Source of the DNA: Eledone cirrhosa
Lineage: Eukaryota
Reading direction: 5' to 3'
DNA length: 64,000 bases
Assembly (NCBI GenBank): GCA_964016885.1
Contig: OZ024743.1
Coordinates: forward strand, 243,598,001 to 243,662,000
The notes below the pieces were generated by a model, which saw nothing but the letters and a program-made list of their open reading frames with translations, had not been told where the DNA came from and did no database searches. A program made the translations under genes and the position numbers. How positions within the stretch are numbered: position 1 is the first letter of the stretch; every line of letters starts with the position of its first letter. This document shows, piece after piece, positions 1 to 12,572 of the stretch.

Positions 1-124
1 TCAAATTGTAGATACAATTCATTTTTTCCTGCTGAGTGGACTGAAACAACGTGAAATAAAATATCTTGCTGAAGGACACAATGCATTTTCACTTTACAAA
101 GTGGGCTGGATGCATTTTATTGTG

Positions 125-670
125 ACACGACAATCTGGATTGTCAGATAAACTGAAGGACTATACTGTGATGGGGGCCCTATGCATACTGTCTCATTAAC
201 AAATGGTGACATCATAATTATGGCTGGTGATTTTAATGGACATGTTGGGTAATGCAGTGATGGCTTCAATGGTGTCCATAGAAAATAAGGAATCACTATG
301 AGAAAGAAGGGCGTATTAAAGCTCTTGGAGTTCTGTGATGCAAATAACCTGACTATCTGATCACCTACCTATTGGTCAGACACACAAGCCAGATAGATTT
401 TATCCTCACCAGAAATTGGGCTAGAATGATGGTCGCAAATACAAACGATGACTTTAGTGAAGAGTGTACCACCCAACATAACTTGTTAGTGACTTTAGTG
501 TTAGAGCTAGATGATCTCATAGTCAGAAGGCAAATTGGAAGTGGCAGACATGGGAGCTGAAAAACCCTCAGGGAAGACTTGCTTGATGCCTACAAATTAG
601 AGGTAAAATAGAGGTTCTTGAGAGACAACATTGCTGAAAACTACTGACCAGGTCTGTGGCTGGTGCAAGG
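125..670 (+). mobile_element. Degenerate RTE-type LINE fragment (APE endonuclease region)
   Basis: Translates to GDIIIMAGDFNGHVG, LLEFCDANNLTI, QIDFIL and EECTTQHNLLV, matching the intact RTE at 58285-58890; contains stops and indels. Confidence 0.8.
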
Positions 671-692
671 CTGCATGGTGATAGAATAGTAG

Positions 693-862
693 GATAATAA
701 TAATGAAAATATTGTGTACAGTGCTCAGGTGCACTACAACTCATCAAAAGTGTATGTATAGTACATAGGGTAATGTACAAACGTCAGGAAAATGAACAGT
801 GCATGAGTCATGATATACACGTGTGCATGTGTATGGAAGGGGGACATCAGATGTAGTTTGGA
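693..862 (-). mobile_element. CR1-type LINE 3' UTR with (ATT)n tail, inserted in the RTE relic
   Basis: Reverse complement of the 3' UTR at 30780-30938. Confidence 0.75.
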
Positions 863-1092
863 TGGATGAAGGGATTAAAGCTAAGAAACAGGCATGGAAA
901 AATGGAGGAGCTGGGAGCTATGGTAAGAAAGGAGAGAGTCTAGCTGTTAAGGACACTTAGCAGAAAGTAAGAAGTTTGTATGTGTCTTACAGCGCCAAAA
1001 ATTGAAGATGTTGTTTGGGAGAATTGCATCCTAAATGATACTGGAGCACTTGCCCTCGTAGGATTTGATCTCAGAATTCTGCCAATTCACAA

Positions 1093-1310
1093 TAATAATA
1101 ATTTTCTACTTTAGGCACAACGCGAGCAATTTGAAGGGGCGGGGAAAGTTGATTAAATTGATCCCAGTACATTACTGGTGCTTTATTTATTGATCCTGTA
1201 AGGATGAAAGGCAAAGCTAACCTCGGCAGGATTTGAATTCTGAACGTAAAGCGCCGTAACCCTGTGCTGTGAAGAATAGTGTCTGCCTCTCTATTGATAT
1301 TCCACCACCA
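1093..1310 (-). mobile_element. tRNA-derived SINE with Meta/MESC-like domain. Related copies at about 5790-5935(+), 9935-10120(+), 33168-33352(-), 41254-41467(-), 50420-50535(-), 53633-53850(-), 54285-54388(+), 60975-61505(-, three in tandem)
   Basis: tRNA B-box-like gttcaaatccc head followed by the ctttgcctttcatcct...gtcgataaaataaagtaccag domain and gccttgtgcctaaagtagaaa 3' part, shared among dispersed copies. Confidence 0.75.
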
Positions 1311-2059
1311 ATAATAATAATAATAAAAGGCAGGGATGATCATTGGTTGAACACATTTCTATTTTTGTAAGAGGGGTATTTAACATGATTTTCAGAGATT
1401 TGGAAATTGTTGGAATTACTGTTTGTGCAGTTTACTTTTCTTTAATGTTTATAAACCTTATATAAATAAAGGTTTATAACGTGGGTTAGGGTTGATAAAC
1501 TCCAAGTCAGCTTCTAATATACAGATCTATGATCAAGGGCTTCCAGCTGTATCTATCCCTTCTCATTTTGATATATAGTATATCTAGAACTATATCTTTT
1601 TCTCACTTCTTCCCTATCACTCTCACTCCTTTGGAAGAAATCGGCTATGTTCTGACCGGGAAAAGTGATGGGCTCTGCCCAAGAAATAGACCCATACATA
1701 TCTAAAACTACATTGTCCAATGTTTTCTTCCCTTTTTGTTTAAGTGCTAGTGTATGATTTGAAGAAAATTTGGTTGCTATATCTACTAGGTCAATTAACC
1801 ACATAGAGTTGTATCTATTTTCAGATGGTGTGTGTGAACAGATAGGTACATAATTATCCAGATATATAAAAAAATAGTAATAAATAAATCAGGCTAAACA
1901 ATCATATCTTGTTAAATAGTCATTTGCATCCTACATAGCCTCAAATCAATGAAATGCCAGTCGTTGGGTTTAAACTTTAATAATTTATTTATTTAGGATT
2001 GGGTTCTGGTTCCTTGCCTATTTAGCCTTTATATTTGGGCAGGTCTTTGTATAGGGTAG

Positions 2060-2303
2060 ATATCCTTTTTGTTACTTCATTTCCAATGATATACACTGTT
2101 TTTCAACTGAAGAATTTGGAGAGATTTATTAAAATTATTAATTGTTTCAATATTAAGTTAGTATTTTCTACATAACTTAACAAAGGACTTTTATATAAAA
2201 TCATTTTGGAAGATTTTAATTTAAATAGGAACCTTTTAAAGTGAGAAGTTTTGTTTCATAGAAGCAGAGGTGGGTTTGGCCAGGTCTGTATTAAAAGGGT
2301 TGA
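2060..2303. mobile_element. Degenerate MITE with TTAA/CCCTTT-like ends. Related copies at about 16810-17043, 21137-21380, 23842-24063, 37460-37640
   Basis: Shared internal sequence (cataaaatt..ggaaggtttt, gaagcagga) and aaagggttaa-like ends. Confidence 0.5.
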
Positions 2304-3036
2304 TATTCATGTGTTCACTGGAGAAACGATTATAATAACAGTTAATCATCAATTCTCAGTTACTATTTTCGTTTCTCTGCTTTTTTTTTTGCTTTTTTTT
2401 TCCTCCATCACTATCTGCAGCTTTGTCTGAACATCCACAAAGGATCTATATTTACTTGTATCTAATTACTGTGTGTGTGTGTGTGTGTGGACTGTAGCTT
2501 AGCAACCATGCTTTGTCATTTAACTGCATTAAATATAGTAACGCTAACTTGATTAGTGTTTTTCACCCCTAATTCTTTGTATAATTTATTAGTATTTCTT
2601 TATTTTTTGTTTGTGTAAATGTTGTTGGTAAATGTGATCATCTTACCAGAGAACAAAACGGACAAAACAGTGATTCGGAAACGGGTGGCACTCGGCTCCA
2701 AATGAAGTAATTTTAATCTCAGTAGGAATTGGGGAAGAATGTTAGTCAGGACAGTAAATCCAAACTGGTAAATAACAGCGTACATTATGTACAAAGCAAA
2801 CGAAATACCAATAAGAGTGACCAAGAGTTAATAGGTCACCAAAAAAACAACTTAAATTGTTTTAATAATTAACATTGTGAAAGTATAATAGTGAAAATAT
2901 TACAGTTCAAGGAAAAAGAAAGAAAAAAAAAAACACTTTTCTGCTCTCCCTTTACGTTGATGCTATTTATAGTAGTAAAGTTTTATCAATGACTACCTAG
3001 CAAGGGGAATAACTCTGTTTGTTTTCGTGTCTACAG

Positions 3037-3043
3037 GAAGTCG
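3037..3043 (+). other. Candidate 7-nt leader microexon (GAAGTCG)
   Basis: tgtttgttttcgtgtctacag|GAAGTCG|gtaaat. Confidence 0.4.
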
Positions 3044-3448
3044 GTAAATTTCAGATTTGAACAGTAACGTCATTTTGTAATATATATTCTAATGATCACG
3101 AAGTTGTCTTTAAAATGATGGCTTATTTCAGCTGTAACAATTAATATCAGCTATCCGAAGAAGATATAGGAAGACTCATCTATGTATGTATATATTTGTA
3201 CACGTTACATGAATTTTAATTTATGTTGTAGTATATATAAACATCTCCAACGAAATGATGCTCGATTTTTTTTTTTTCAATTTTATTTATTTGTATATCT
3301 CATTCAATACAAGGAGCACCGATTCTTCCATCCCGTTTGTCTTGCCTTTGGTTTATTTTGTTTTTGAAATATTAAAAATTTTTCTTTGTTTCAGTTTGTG
3401 ATATTCAACATATGTTCTATGAATAATTTTCTTTGATTATTTTTTCAG

Positions 3449-3518
3449 GCACTTCGCCAAGGAGACCACTTATCCATTTTCTCTACCATCCAACATTACC
3501 AAACGTCAACAAGTCCAG
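3449..3518 (+). other. 5' leader exon (70 nt) of the + strand gene
   Basis: ttattttttcag acceptor, CAG|gtaggg donor, non-repetitive sequence. Confidence 0.65.
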
Positions 3519-4356
3519 GTAGGGAGTTTTCCTGTTAATATTTTGCTTACTCTTGATATATAAATATTAGTAAACTTACTATATTTAGGTAATGCCTCTC
3601 ATGGGGTAGGACAAACACGTAAAGTATTAAAAACATTTCGATGTTGAAAGTGAGTAATGCTTTATTTATATAGTACATCCATGAAAACGAATTTAAGTTT
3701 CACAATTAACGAACCATTGAGTTGTGTGTTTGTGTAAACACATACATAACTCAATGGTTCGTTATATATGTATGTACACACACACACGCATATATATATA
3801 TATACAAATAAATTATCGAGAATCGCATTTCGGCCCACGAAATAACGAAAAACAACCTCCGAGATGTGTGGCAAGTGCTCAATGATTCAGATGAACCAGA
3901 GCTATAACAAACGTTAAAGGCCAAACACACTTAGACGATGGTTAAACAATCATCCGCACAGCCAAAAAAAACGATCAAGTAATTCGGGTCAAACAAATAA
4001 AAATATATGTGATATATATACATACGTGTGTATGTTTATTAAGGACAAACATCTGTAAACAAAATTTCATTGAACAATACAGTCGGACACGAAAAGTGCG
4101 ATAACGCTTAATGAAATCTTTAATGTAGGGAGAGAGAGCAGGATTGTCTTACTAAAGATGTAACGGGGAGATTCTGTTCTTATATTGTTTTTGACTAATG
4201 TGAGAATTATTATTGACCACGTGGTTATATATCTTTAAACTCATTAACTGTCAATCTGGTATTTTGAGCCTTCATCACATTATAACGTGGGAAGATGTCA
4301 CATTAAAACTGCACCCAGTTCTTTACTGTTGTGTGTGTGTACATACATACATATAT

Positions 4357-5400
4357 CATCATCATCATCGTTTAACGTCCATCTTCCACGCTAGCATGGG
4401 TTTGAACAGGAATTGTCCCACTTGAGGCAAGATTGGTTGTCCTGCTCGTATAGGACTGTCTGGCGTGTTTTCTAAGGCTGGATGCCCTTCCTAACACCAA
4501 CCACGTTTACAGCGTGGACTGGGAGGTTTTTACCGTGTTACCTCCACAGCCACATTACAGCGTGGACTGTGTTTTTTGTCGTGGCACCCACACGACCTCA
4601 TTTGTTTCGGACTGGATGTTGTGGTACCAACATAACATTACATTGGAAGGGGTGGTGGGGGTAGTGGGACGGGGGTGTATTTTTGTTAGAGGTGCCTACT
4701 GACTGTAGGTTTCGCTTTGTACTTAGGCAAGGCAGGTCTTCTCTATTACTGTGTAGCGCCAAAGATCTCGGTCCAGTGACATTGTCTTGGAGAGGTGTAA
4801 GTGTGTGAGGTCGGAATTTATCAAGTCGTCCGAGGTTTTTCTGGGTCTGCCTATATATATTTATATATACATATATCATCATCATCATCATCAACGTTTA
4901 ACGTCCGTGTTCCACGCTTGCATGGGTTTGGGCGGGGGTTTTCCCACTTGAGGCAAGAGTGATTATCTTGCTCGCATAGGACTATCTGGCGGGTTTTCTA
5001 CAGCTGGATGCCCTTCCTAACACCAACCACATTTACAGTGTGGGGCTGGGAGGTTTTTACCGTGTTGCCTACACGGCCACATTACAGCATGGACTGTGTG
5101 TTTTTTTGTCGTGACACCTACACGATCTCATTTGTTTCGGCCTGGGTGTTGTGGCACCAACATCACTTTACATTGAAAGGGGCGGTGTGGATGGGGTGTT
5201 GGACGGGGGTGTATTTTGTTAGAGATGCCTACTGACTGTAGTAGGTTTTACTTTGTATTTAGGTAAGGCAGGTCTTCTCTATTACTGAGTACCGCCAAAG
5301 GTCTCGGTCCAGTGACATTGTCTTAGAGAGGTGTAAGTGTGTGAGGTCGGAATTTATCAGCTCGTCCCAGGTTTTTCTGGGTTTGCCTATTCCGTGGCTA
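4357..5400 (-). mobile_element. Two tandem copies of an RTE-tailed SINE. Other copies at about 34270-34685(+), 37730-38200(+), 50030-50310(-), 51640-51745(+), 59550-59830(-)
   Basis: Near-duplicate units 4357-4840 and 4875-5400 with gttaggaagggcatccagc core and RTE-like 3' end plus (ATG)n tail. Confidence 0.8.
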
Positions 5401-6583
5401 CCGTCTATCTTTATTGCCCTGCACTTTGTTATATATATATATATATATGTATGTGCCTGTCTGTGTACAAATATGTATGTCTATATGTGTGTGTACATAT
5501 GTATATCTATATGTATGTGTTTGTGTATATATGTATATCTATGTGTGTGAATAGTATACGGTAGAGTGCAGGAAGGTATTTAAGCGAGATACTTTTCCCC
5601 CCTGGTCCATTTGGGAGGTCAGTGGCTCTACTTGAGCACTGTCTCAGTCTGTAACAATCTGCCCAACCCTTTCTAACAAAACATTGAATGATGATGATAA
5701 TATTACGTTCAGATCTAGTAATCTTAGTAGTTCACAAAGGAGGAAGAACTGAGTATTTATGAGAGATTAAATAAATTTATATGTATAGAAGCAAATTGGC
5801 TGAATTGTTAGAAAGTTGGAAGAATGCTTTTGTAGTATTTGTTTCAGCTCCCTGTGCTCGGAGTTCAGATCCCACCATGTTCAACTTTGCTTTTCATTGA
5901 TTCAAATTTCATAAAAATATCCCAGTTCTATACTGAGATAGATTCTTTCTCTACATCTCTTTCTAACTTTCTCTCACTCTCTCTCTTTTTTTTTTTCTCT
6001 GGACGAAATCAGATATATACAGACCTGAGAGGGATGGGCTCTGCAAGTCTTAAAATCCCCAGGACAGACTGTGTGTCATCACAGCGCTGCTCTGTGTCTG
6101 TCAGGAATTACATGTTCATGGATGGATATATATACATATACATATATATTTACACATATTTTCATCATCATTTTATGTCTGTTTTCCTTACTGGCATGGG
6201 TTTGACTAGTTGTCACATTCCAGGACTGGTTAAGATTGGGTGGATCACATCTTGGTCATATGTACCATTTTTGTCATGATGCCCTTTCTAACACCAACGG
6301 TTGTTCTGATTCATGTGTGTGTATATCATCATCATAATCATTCCATTTTACGTCCGCTTTTCCCTGCTTGCAAGGGTGGGACGGGAACTGATTCTGGCTT
6401 GATTTCTACAGCTGGATGCCCTTCCTAACACCAACCTCATTTACAGTGAGTGGTGGGTGCTTTTTTGCCGTGGCACCTCCACAACCACTTTGCAGTGGAA
6501 TGATATGGACCCCAGTCCTTATCATTTCATTTCTACAGCTGAGTAAACTGGAGCAATGTGAAATAAAGTGTCTTGCTCAAGGA

Positions 6584-6614
<31 letters not shown>

Positions 6615-6634
6615 TGATGAATATATATATATAT

Positions 6635-8278
6635 ATTGACGAATATAGGGTCCAAGAGGCGATTAGGGAAATGAAAAATGGTAAGGCTGCCGGACCATCG
6701 GGAATAGTTGCTGAGATGCTGAAGGCATCAGGGGACGTAGGCACTAAACTGGTTGCACGCATCATCAATCGGGCTATATATGTGGTGTCATACCCAAAGA
6801 CTGGTGCAGCAGTATTCTCATAAATTGCTACAAAGGTAAAGGGGATGCTCTGGAGAGGAGCAATTATAGGGGTATAAAACTGATAGATCAGGTTATGAAA
6901 GTGGCAGAAAAGATATTAGCACAACTAATTAGAGAAAGGGTCAAACTAGATGAGATGCAGTTTGGTTTTGTGTCTGGGAAGAGTACAACAGATGCCCTCT
7001 TCTTGGTGAGACAATTGCAAGAGAGGTTCTTAGAGAAGAATAAGCCACTATACTTAGCCTTTGTTGACCTAGAGAAGGCCTTTGATAGAGTACCCCGATC
7101 TGTCATCTGGTGGTCTCTAAGGAAGCTAGGTGTTGAGGAATGGCTTGTGAGGACAGTGCAAACTTTGTACAGAGGTACTCCCAGTAAAGTCAGGGTAGGA
7201 ATGGAGTTTAGTGAGGAATTCCAGATACAAGTAGGAGTACATCAGGGTTCGGTCCTCAGCCCGCTCTTGTTCATTATAGTCCTCCAAGCCATAACAGAGG
7301 AGTTTAAGACTGGCTGTCCATGGGAACTTCTCTATGCTGACGATCTGGTTCTTATAGCAGAATCAGTAGAGGAGCTAGAGAATAAATTCTGGCTATGGAA
7401 ACAGCTGTTGGAAGCAAGAGGACTGAGAGTGAACCTAGCTAAGACAAAAGTGTTGATGAGTAGAAAAGAGGACAGGGAAATGGCCATGTTCGATATGCAG
7501 AAAAGGAACTGGCATAAATTCTATAAAATGCACACAATGCAGATCCTGGGTACACAAGAGATGTAGCGGGATAGCAGGCATATGTATGCAGTAGATGTAC
7601 AGGGAAATTAGACAGAAGTCGCATTGATAGACACATTTTTCAAATGCAGGAGGGTGCTATAGAAGTGGTGGATAGCTTCCGGTACCTAGGAGATCAGATT
7701 AGCATGGGAGGAGGGTGTTCCGAGGTCATAGTATCTAGAATAAGGACGGGTTGGAAGAAGTTTAGGGAGCTGCTTCCTCTGTTGATGAAGAAGGGTTTCT
7801 CCCTGCGTACGAAAGGCCAGTTGTATGATGCCTGTGTGAGGAGCGCGATGCTGCATGGTAGTGAGGCATGGGCAGCAACTGCAGAGGATATGCGACGGCT
7901 GGAGAGAAATGAGCCAAGCATGCTCCGTTGGATGTGCAGTGTAAATGTGCGTGAACGATCCAGCATAAATGTGTTGAGAGAGAAACTGTGTCTGAGAGGG
8001 ATAGAATGTAGTGTACGGGAGAGGAGACTGAGGTGGTATGGACATGTGATGCGCATGGAGAATGACCGATGGGTGAAGAAATGCCAGTTGAAGGAAGACG
8101 TGGTAGAGGTAGACCACGAAAAACATGGGCGGAGGTGGTGAGAACAAACCTCAGATCATTGAAGCTCACGGTGGAGATGACGAAGGACCGTGACGAGTGG
8201 AGAGATGCTGTGCTGAATAAGACCCGTCCCACCCTTGCAAGCAGGGAAAAGCGGACGTAAAATGATGATGATGATGAT
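6635..8278 (+). mobile_element. 5'-truncated RTE-clade LINE (RT and C-terminus) with frameshifts
   Basis: RT motifs QFGF, FVDLEKAFD, GVHQGSVLSP, YADD; near-identical to 56190-57885(-); (ATG)n tail; several small deletions. Confidence 0.95.
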
Positions 8279-8284
8279 AATGTA

Positions 8285-8690
8285 ATCATCTATCATCTTT
8301 TTTATGTCCATTTTTTTCATACGTGCGTGAGTTGGATGGGTCTTTTGCAACACACCTAACCTCAACTTGTATTCTTTGCCATCTCCTCCGTGAGGAGCAG
8401 CATTTTAAGATCCACTGTCACCACCTCTGCTTAGGTTTTGCTTGGTCTTCCTCCACCTCAGCTTCCTTCCACTGGGAAATCCTGGCAATTTTCACTCAAC
8501 AATCATCATCAATAGGCATCATATTTCCATACCAACGCAGTCTTTTCTCTTGTACACTACATTTGATTCCTCTTATACTCAGTTTCCATACTTCAACATT
8601 CATATGTATTAACATCACACCTCCATTTCTTTTTAGCCTTCATCTTATATCTATGATATAAGGAATCATGCTGAAACTCCCTTTCATCTC
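8285..8690 (-). mobile_element. Older degenerate RTE 3' fragment
   Basis: Reverse strand resembles RTE C-terminus (LRWYG, KTHPTHARMKKMD) and tail. Confidence 0.65.
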
Positions 8691-10202
8691 CCTTCTTGAA
8701 TACAGCAAACATCAATTTACTCCACTTAAGCATCACCTCAATCTATTTTTGGGTGTGCCAACGTGAATAAAGGCAGCTCTGAAAGGTTTTACCATACAGT
8801 GATGATTGGGTTGTCTTTTGGTTGTAGTTTTTTGTTCTTAAAAGGAAAGTGAGCGTACAATCACTTGGTGATTGAGGGGCTTTCGCACATGGTTAGGTCA
8901 GCCATCCTGCTATTGTGCACAGCACTAAGATGATTAGTATTAGTTCTGTACATGCAATCAGTGTGTATGTTTAAGTTGTGCTTTTCATAATTATTTGGCT
9001 TGGTTTTTCTGTCTGGATGACCTTTCTATCATCAACTGCTTTATAACGTGAACTGGGTGCATTTTATCATGCTACCTGCACTAGAAAGGTTGTTTGACAG
9101 AACTTCTGGGGGTCCACATTACACAATATCAGCCTTTATTCAGAGTGTCTGCTCTCCTAGATGTTTCCCATAGCTTACAGAGTCCCTGTCTACCTCATAC
9201 AGTTTTATTTATTCAAAGTTACTCCTAGACTGGTTATCTTTCTGGTGGTTTGTTGAGCCCTCATCTGCTTCCAAGATACCTGTGGCTGCATATACACACT
9301 AATTTTTTCAAATTATAGCCAATTAATACTTGAATTAATTATACAAATTATAGCCAGTAATTTATTTTAGTCACTGGTGAAGTGATTTATAATAGTGATG
9401 ATTATTAATATATTTAGTTCATTAAAGCATAACCCATGGGCAGAGGTGGAGGAAATACACACAGGCGAAGGAGTGTTGAGCTCATGATCATAAGGTTCAA
9501 TTCCTGGATTGGACAGAGTTGTTTTTTTGAGCAAAACAATCTGTTTCATGTTTCTCTTTATGATAGAACTAGGGTCTCCTATCATTAAAACACCCGAAAA
9601 ACTTACCAGATGCTGCATCATAGGGGGGGGGGACTAGTTAAACTTGCATTATTGTGCTTTGTAAATTTCATTTTTCATATATATATATATATATATATAT
9701 ACACGAATGTTGTGGAGGGTATGATACAGAACCATGCTGACTGGTGATGTGCCATAATGCAAAAGACCTCTCCACCAGTACAAGTACTGTGACACTAAAA
9801 GTAATCATGGTGAGAAAATGGAGGCTATAATGTTGGCAATCAAACAGGCAGTATCAAATGATGTATACACACACACATTTATATACATCTTATATATGTG
9901 TGTATACATCAATATCTGCATCATTTAACATCTGTGGGTGGATTGGCAGTATCGGTAGAGGGTCGGACGCCATGCTTTCCAGCTTAGAGTACGTCCCTTG
10001 CCATACTCAGTTCAAATCGCCGAGGTTAACTTTGCCTTTCATCCTACGGGGTCGATAAAATAAAGTACCAGTAATGCACTGGGATAATTACTGGCCTTGT
10101 GCCAAAAGTAGAAACAATTATTTAACATGTTTTCTCTGCTCTCTATCTCTTTCTCTGCCTACACACACATATATGTAATTTTGTTCTCTTTATTTTTCAC
10201 AG

Positions 10203-10255
10203 AAAATAATATTACACTACTGCTACTGTTCTGAATGTCTTTGGTATTCGCCAAG
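10203..10255 (+). other. 5' leader exon (53 nt) containing a uORF start codon (ATG 10235)
   Basis: ttgttctctttatttttcacag acceptor, AAG|gtaaga donor. Confidence 0.7.
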
Positions 10256-10509
10256 GTAAGATATGTTTTCTTAATATCTTTAAATATAACAGGAATTACT
10301 CTTGCTATCATTTAGATTGCGTGATTTTAATGAGTTGGATTGAAAGTGACTGTATCAAAGCTTGAATGACTTCTCTTAATTGACTTGAATTAAAAAAAAA
10401 ATATTTTATACATACATTAAAGTGGTGTTCCAGCATGGCTGCTATCTAATTAGTGAAACCATTAACAGAATAAATGATGTTAAAATACCTAATCACCTCT
10501 GTCAGGTAA

Positions 10510-11440
10510 CATATCTCAGGGCTGCCATTATTAATGTGAGCACCCTGAAAGGGAGATCTGGAGAAATTGTGGAGATGCTTGAGAGGAGATGAGTGGATGT
10601 GTGCTGTGTATTTGAGGTGAGATAGGCAAACAACGTAGTTACAAGCTTCTCTGGTTAGGAAATGGCAATTGTATGAGGGTAGGAGTTAGGTATTCCACTA
10701 GCTGAGAAGGGGACAGATAAGGTAATTAAGTTAGTGACAGAATCATCAAGCTCAGAATAGTCATAAGCAATTATTGCTAGTTATGCACCACAAGCAGGAC
10801 TAAGTAAGGAACATAAGGACCTCTTTTTTGAGAAACTACAGACAACCTCAGTTACTGATGAAAGAAACCTCAACATTCTAACAGGCAACTTCAGTGGACA
10901 TGTTGGGTAACAATAGGATGGCTACACCAGAGTACATGGTGACTGTGGTTATGGTCCAAGAAATGAAGAGGGAGTTAGGCTCATAGAATTCTCCGATGCA
11001 AATGAACTAACCATTTGTAACACTAACTTCAGAAAACTGGCCACCCTCTTCAACACAAAATAAATGCTCAGGAAAATCTGGAGAATAAATGTATGGAAGC
11101 TAAAGAACCTTTCTGTTAAGTATAGGTTGAGGAAAGCTCTACATGATGCATATGATGAAAGGCAGCAGGAGTTAGATACACATGATATAGAGAACAATTG
11201 GTCCATACATAATCTATGAACTACTGATGAGAGTAAAGCACCAGTCAGACAGAAGGTAACCTGGTGATGGAAGAGCACAGTGAATAGTCATTAAAGCTGA
11301 GAGAGGTATGGAAAAACTGAAAAAATAGGACGAGCAGAGACTAGTACCGGGTAGCTAGAAGAGAAGCTAGACAACAAGTATACATAGAATAGAAAGAGGC
11401 TGAAAGAAGGAGGTTTCCCAAAGTATCTCACATGGTGGCT
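10510..11440 (+). mobile_element. Degenerate RTE N-terminal (APE) region
   Basis: INVSTLKGRSGEIVEMLERR, YAPQAG, GNFSGHVG and EEGVRLIEFSDANELTICNTNF motifs, broken by stops. Confidence 0.85.
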
Positions 11441-11816
11441 GCATAGAATGAATTCAGAAAGATGAACAAGTCATGTAAATAAGCTGAGATATAAGAATGT
11501 CATTTGAACTTTTAATATCTAAGTATATTATTGTTATAGCTCACACCTATGTAGGTTTAGCTGGCCTCCTACAAGGTTGTATGTATCTCATTGGAGGTTT
11601 CTCTGGTGTTTTAATGACAGAGGCCTCAGCCCTATCATGTTGTTACAGCTTACATCACTGTAAGATTAGTTGGCTTCCTACAAGGTTGTATCATAGGAGG
11701 TTTCTCAACTGTCCTATCTAGGTAGATTAAGATAAGTCAGTCTGGAAAAATCCTTCTTATATCAGGTGAAGATATACAGTCAAGTACTTTAATTTAATGA
11801 AATATTCAACAATACC

Positions 11817-12572
11817 ATACACCTGATCATCAGCTATATAGTACACCTGATCATCAGCTATATAGTACACCTGATCATCAGCTATATAGTACACCTGATC
11901 ATCAACTATACAATATACCTAATCATCAACTATACAATATACCTAATCATCTAGCTATACAATATACCTAATCATCTAGCTATACAATATACCTAATCAT
12001 CTAGCTATACAATATACCTAATCATCTAGCTATACAATATACCTAATCATCAACTATACAATATACCTAATCATCTAGCTATACAATATACCTAATCATC
12101 TAGCTATACAATATACCTAATCATCGAGCTATACAATATACCTAATCATCTAGCTATACAATATACCTAATCATCTAGCTATACAATATACCTAATCATC
12201 TAGCTATACAATATACCTAATCATCTAACTGTACAATATACCTAATCATCAACTATACAATATACCTAATCATCTAGCTATACAATATACCTAATCATCT
12301 AGCTATACAATATACCTAATCATCTAGCTATACAATATACCTAATCATCTAGCTATACAATATACCTAATCATCAACTATACAATATACCTAATCATCTA
12401 GCTATACAATATACCTAATTATCAACTATACAATATACCTGATCAGCTAGCTATATAGTACACGTGCTCAAATAACTATACAATATACCTGATCAGCTAG
12501 CTATATAGTACACCTGATCATCTAGCTATACTGTACACGTGATCAAATAACTATACAATACACCTTATCAGC
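11817..12572. repeat. Intronic minisatellite, 24-25 bp unit (acctaatcatctagctatacaatat and variants), about 30 copies
   Basis: Directly visible tandem array. Confidence 0.95.

Larger units (their letters stand above)
2640..4130 (+). promoter_or_regulatory. Probable promoter/first-exon region of the + strand gene
   Basis: Non-repetitive segment with visibly more CpG than its flanks; candidate donor CTG|gtaaat at 2767/2768 upstream of the leader exons. Confidence 0.35.

Noticed and set aside
5337-5564. Low-complexity ORFs rich in Y/I/C/V/M (also 33418-33720, 40255-40443, 51876-52217, 61439-61729)
   Set aside because: Translations of (TA)n, (CA)n, (ATG)n and (AAT)n microsatellites
9935-10030. 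tRNA gene (also 54285-54388)
   Set aside because: tRNA-like head of a SINE, continuing into the SINE body with no complete cloverleaf
11817-12572. CRISPR-like array (also considered for 34274-34520)
   Set aside because: Contiguous tandem units without unique spacers, eukaryotic context, no cas genes
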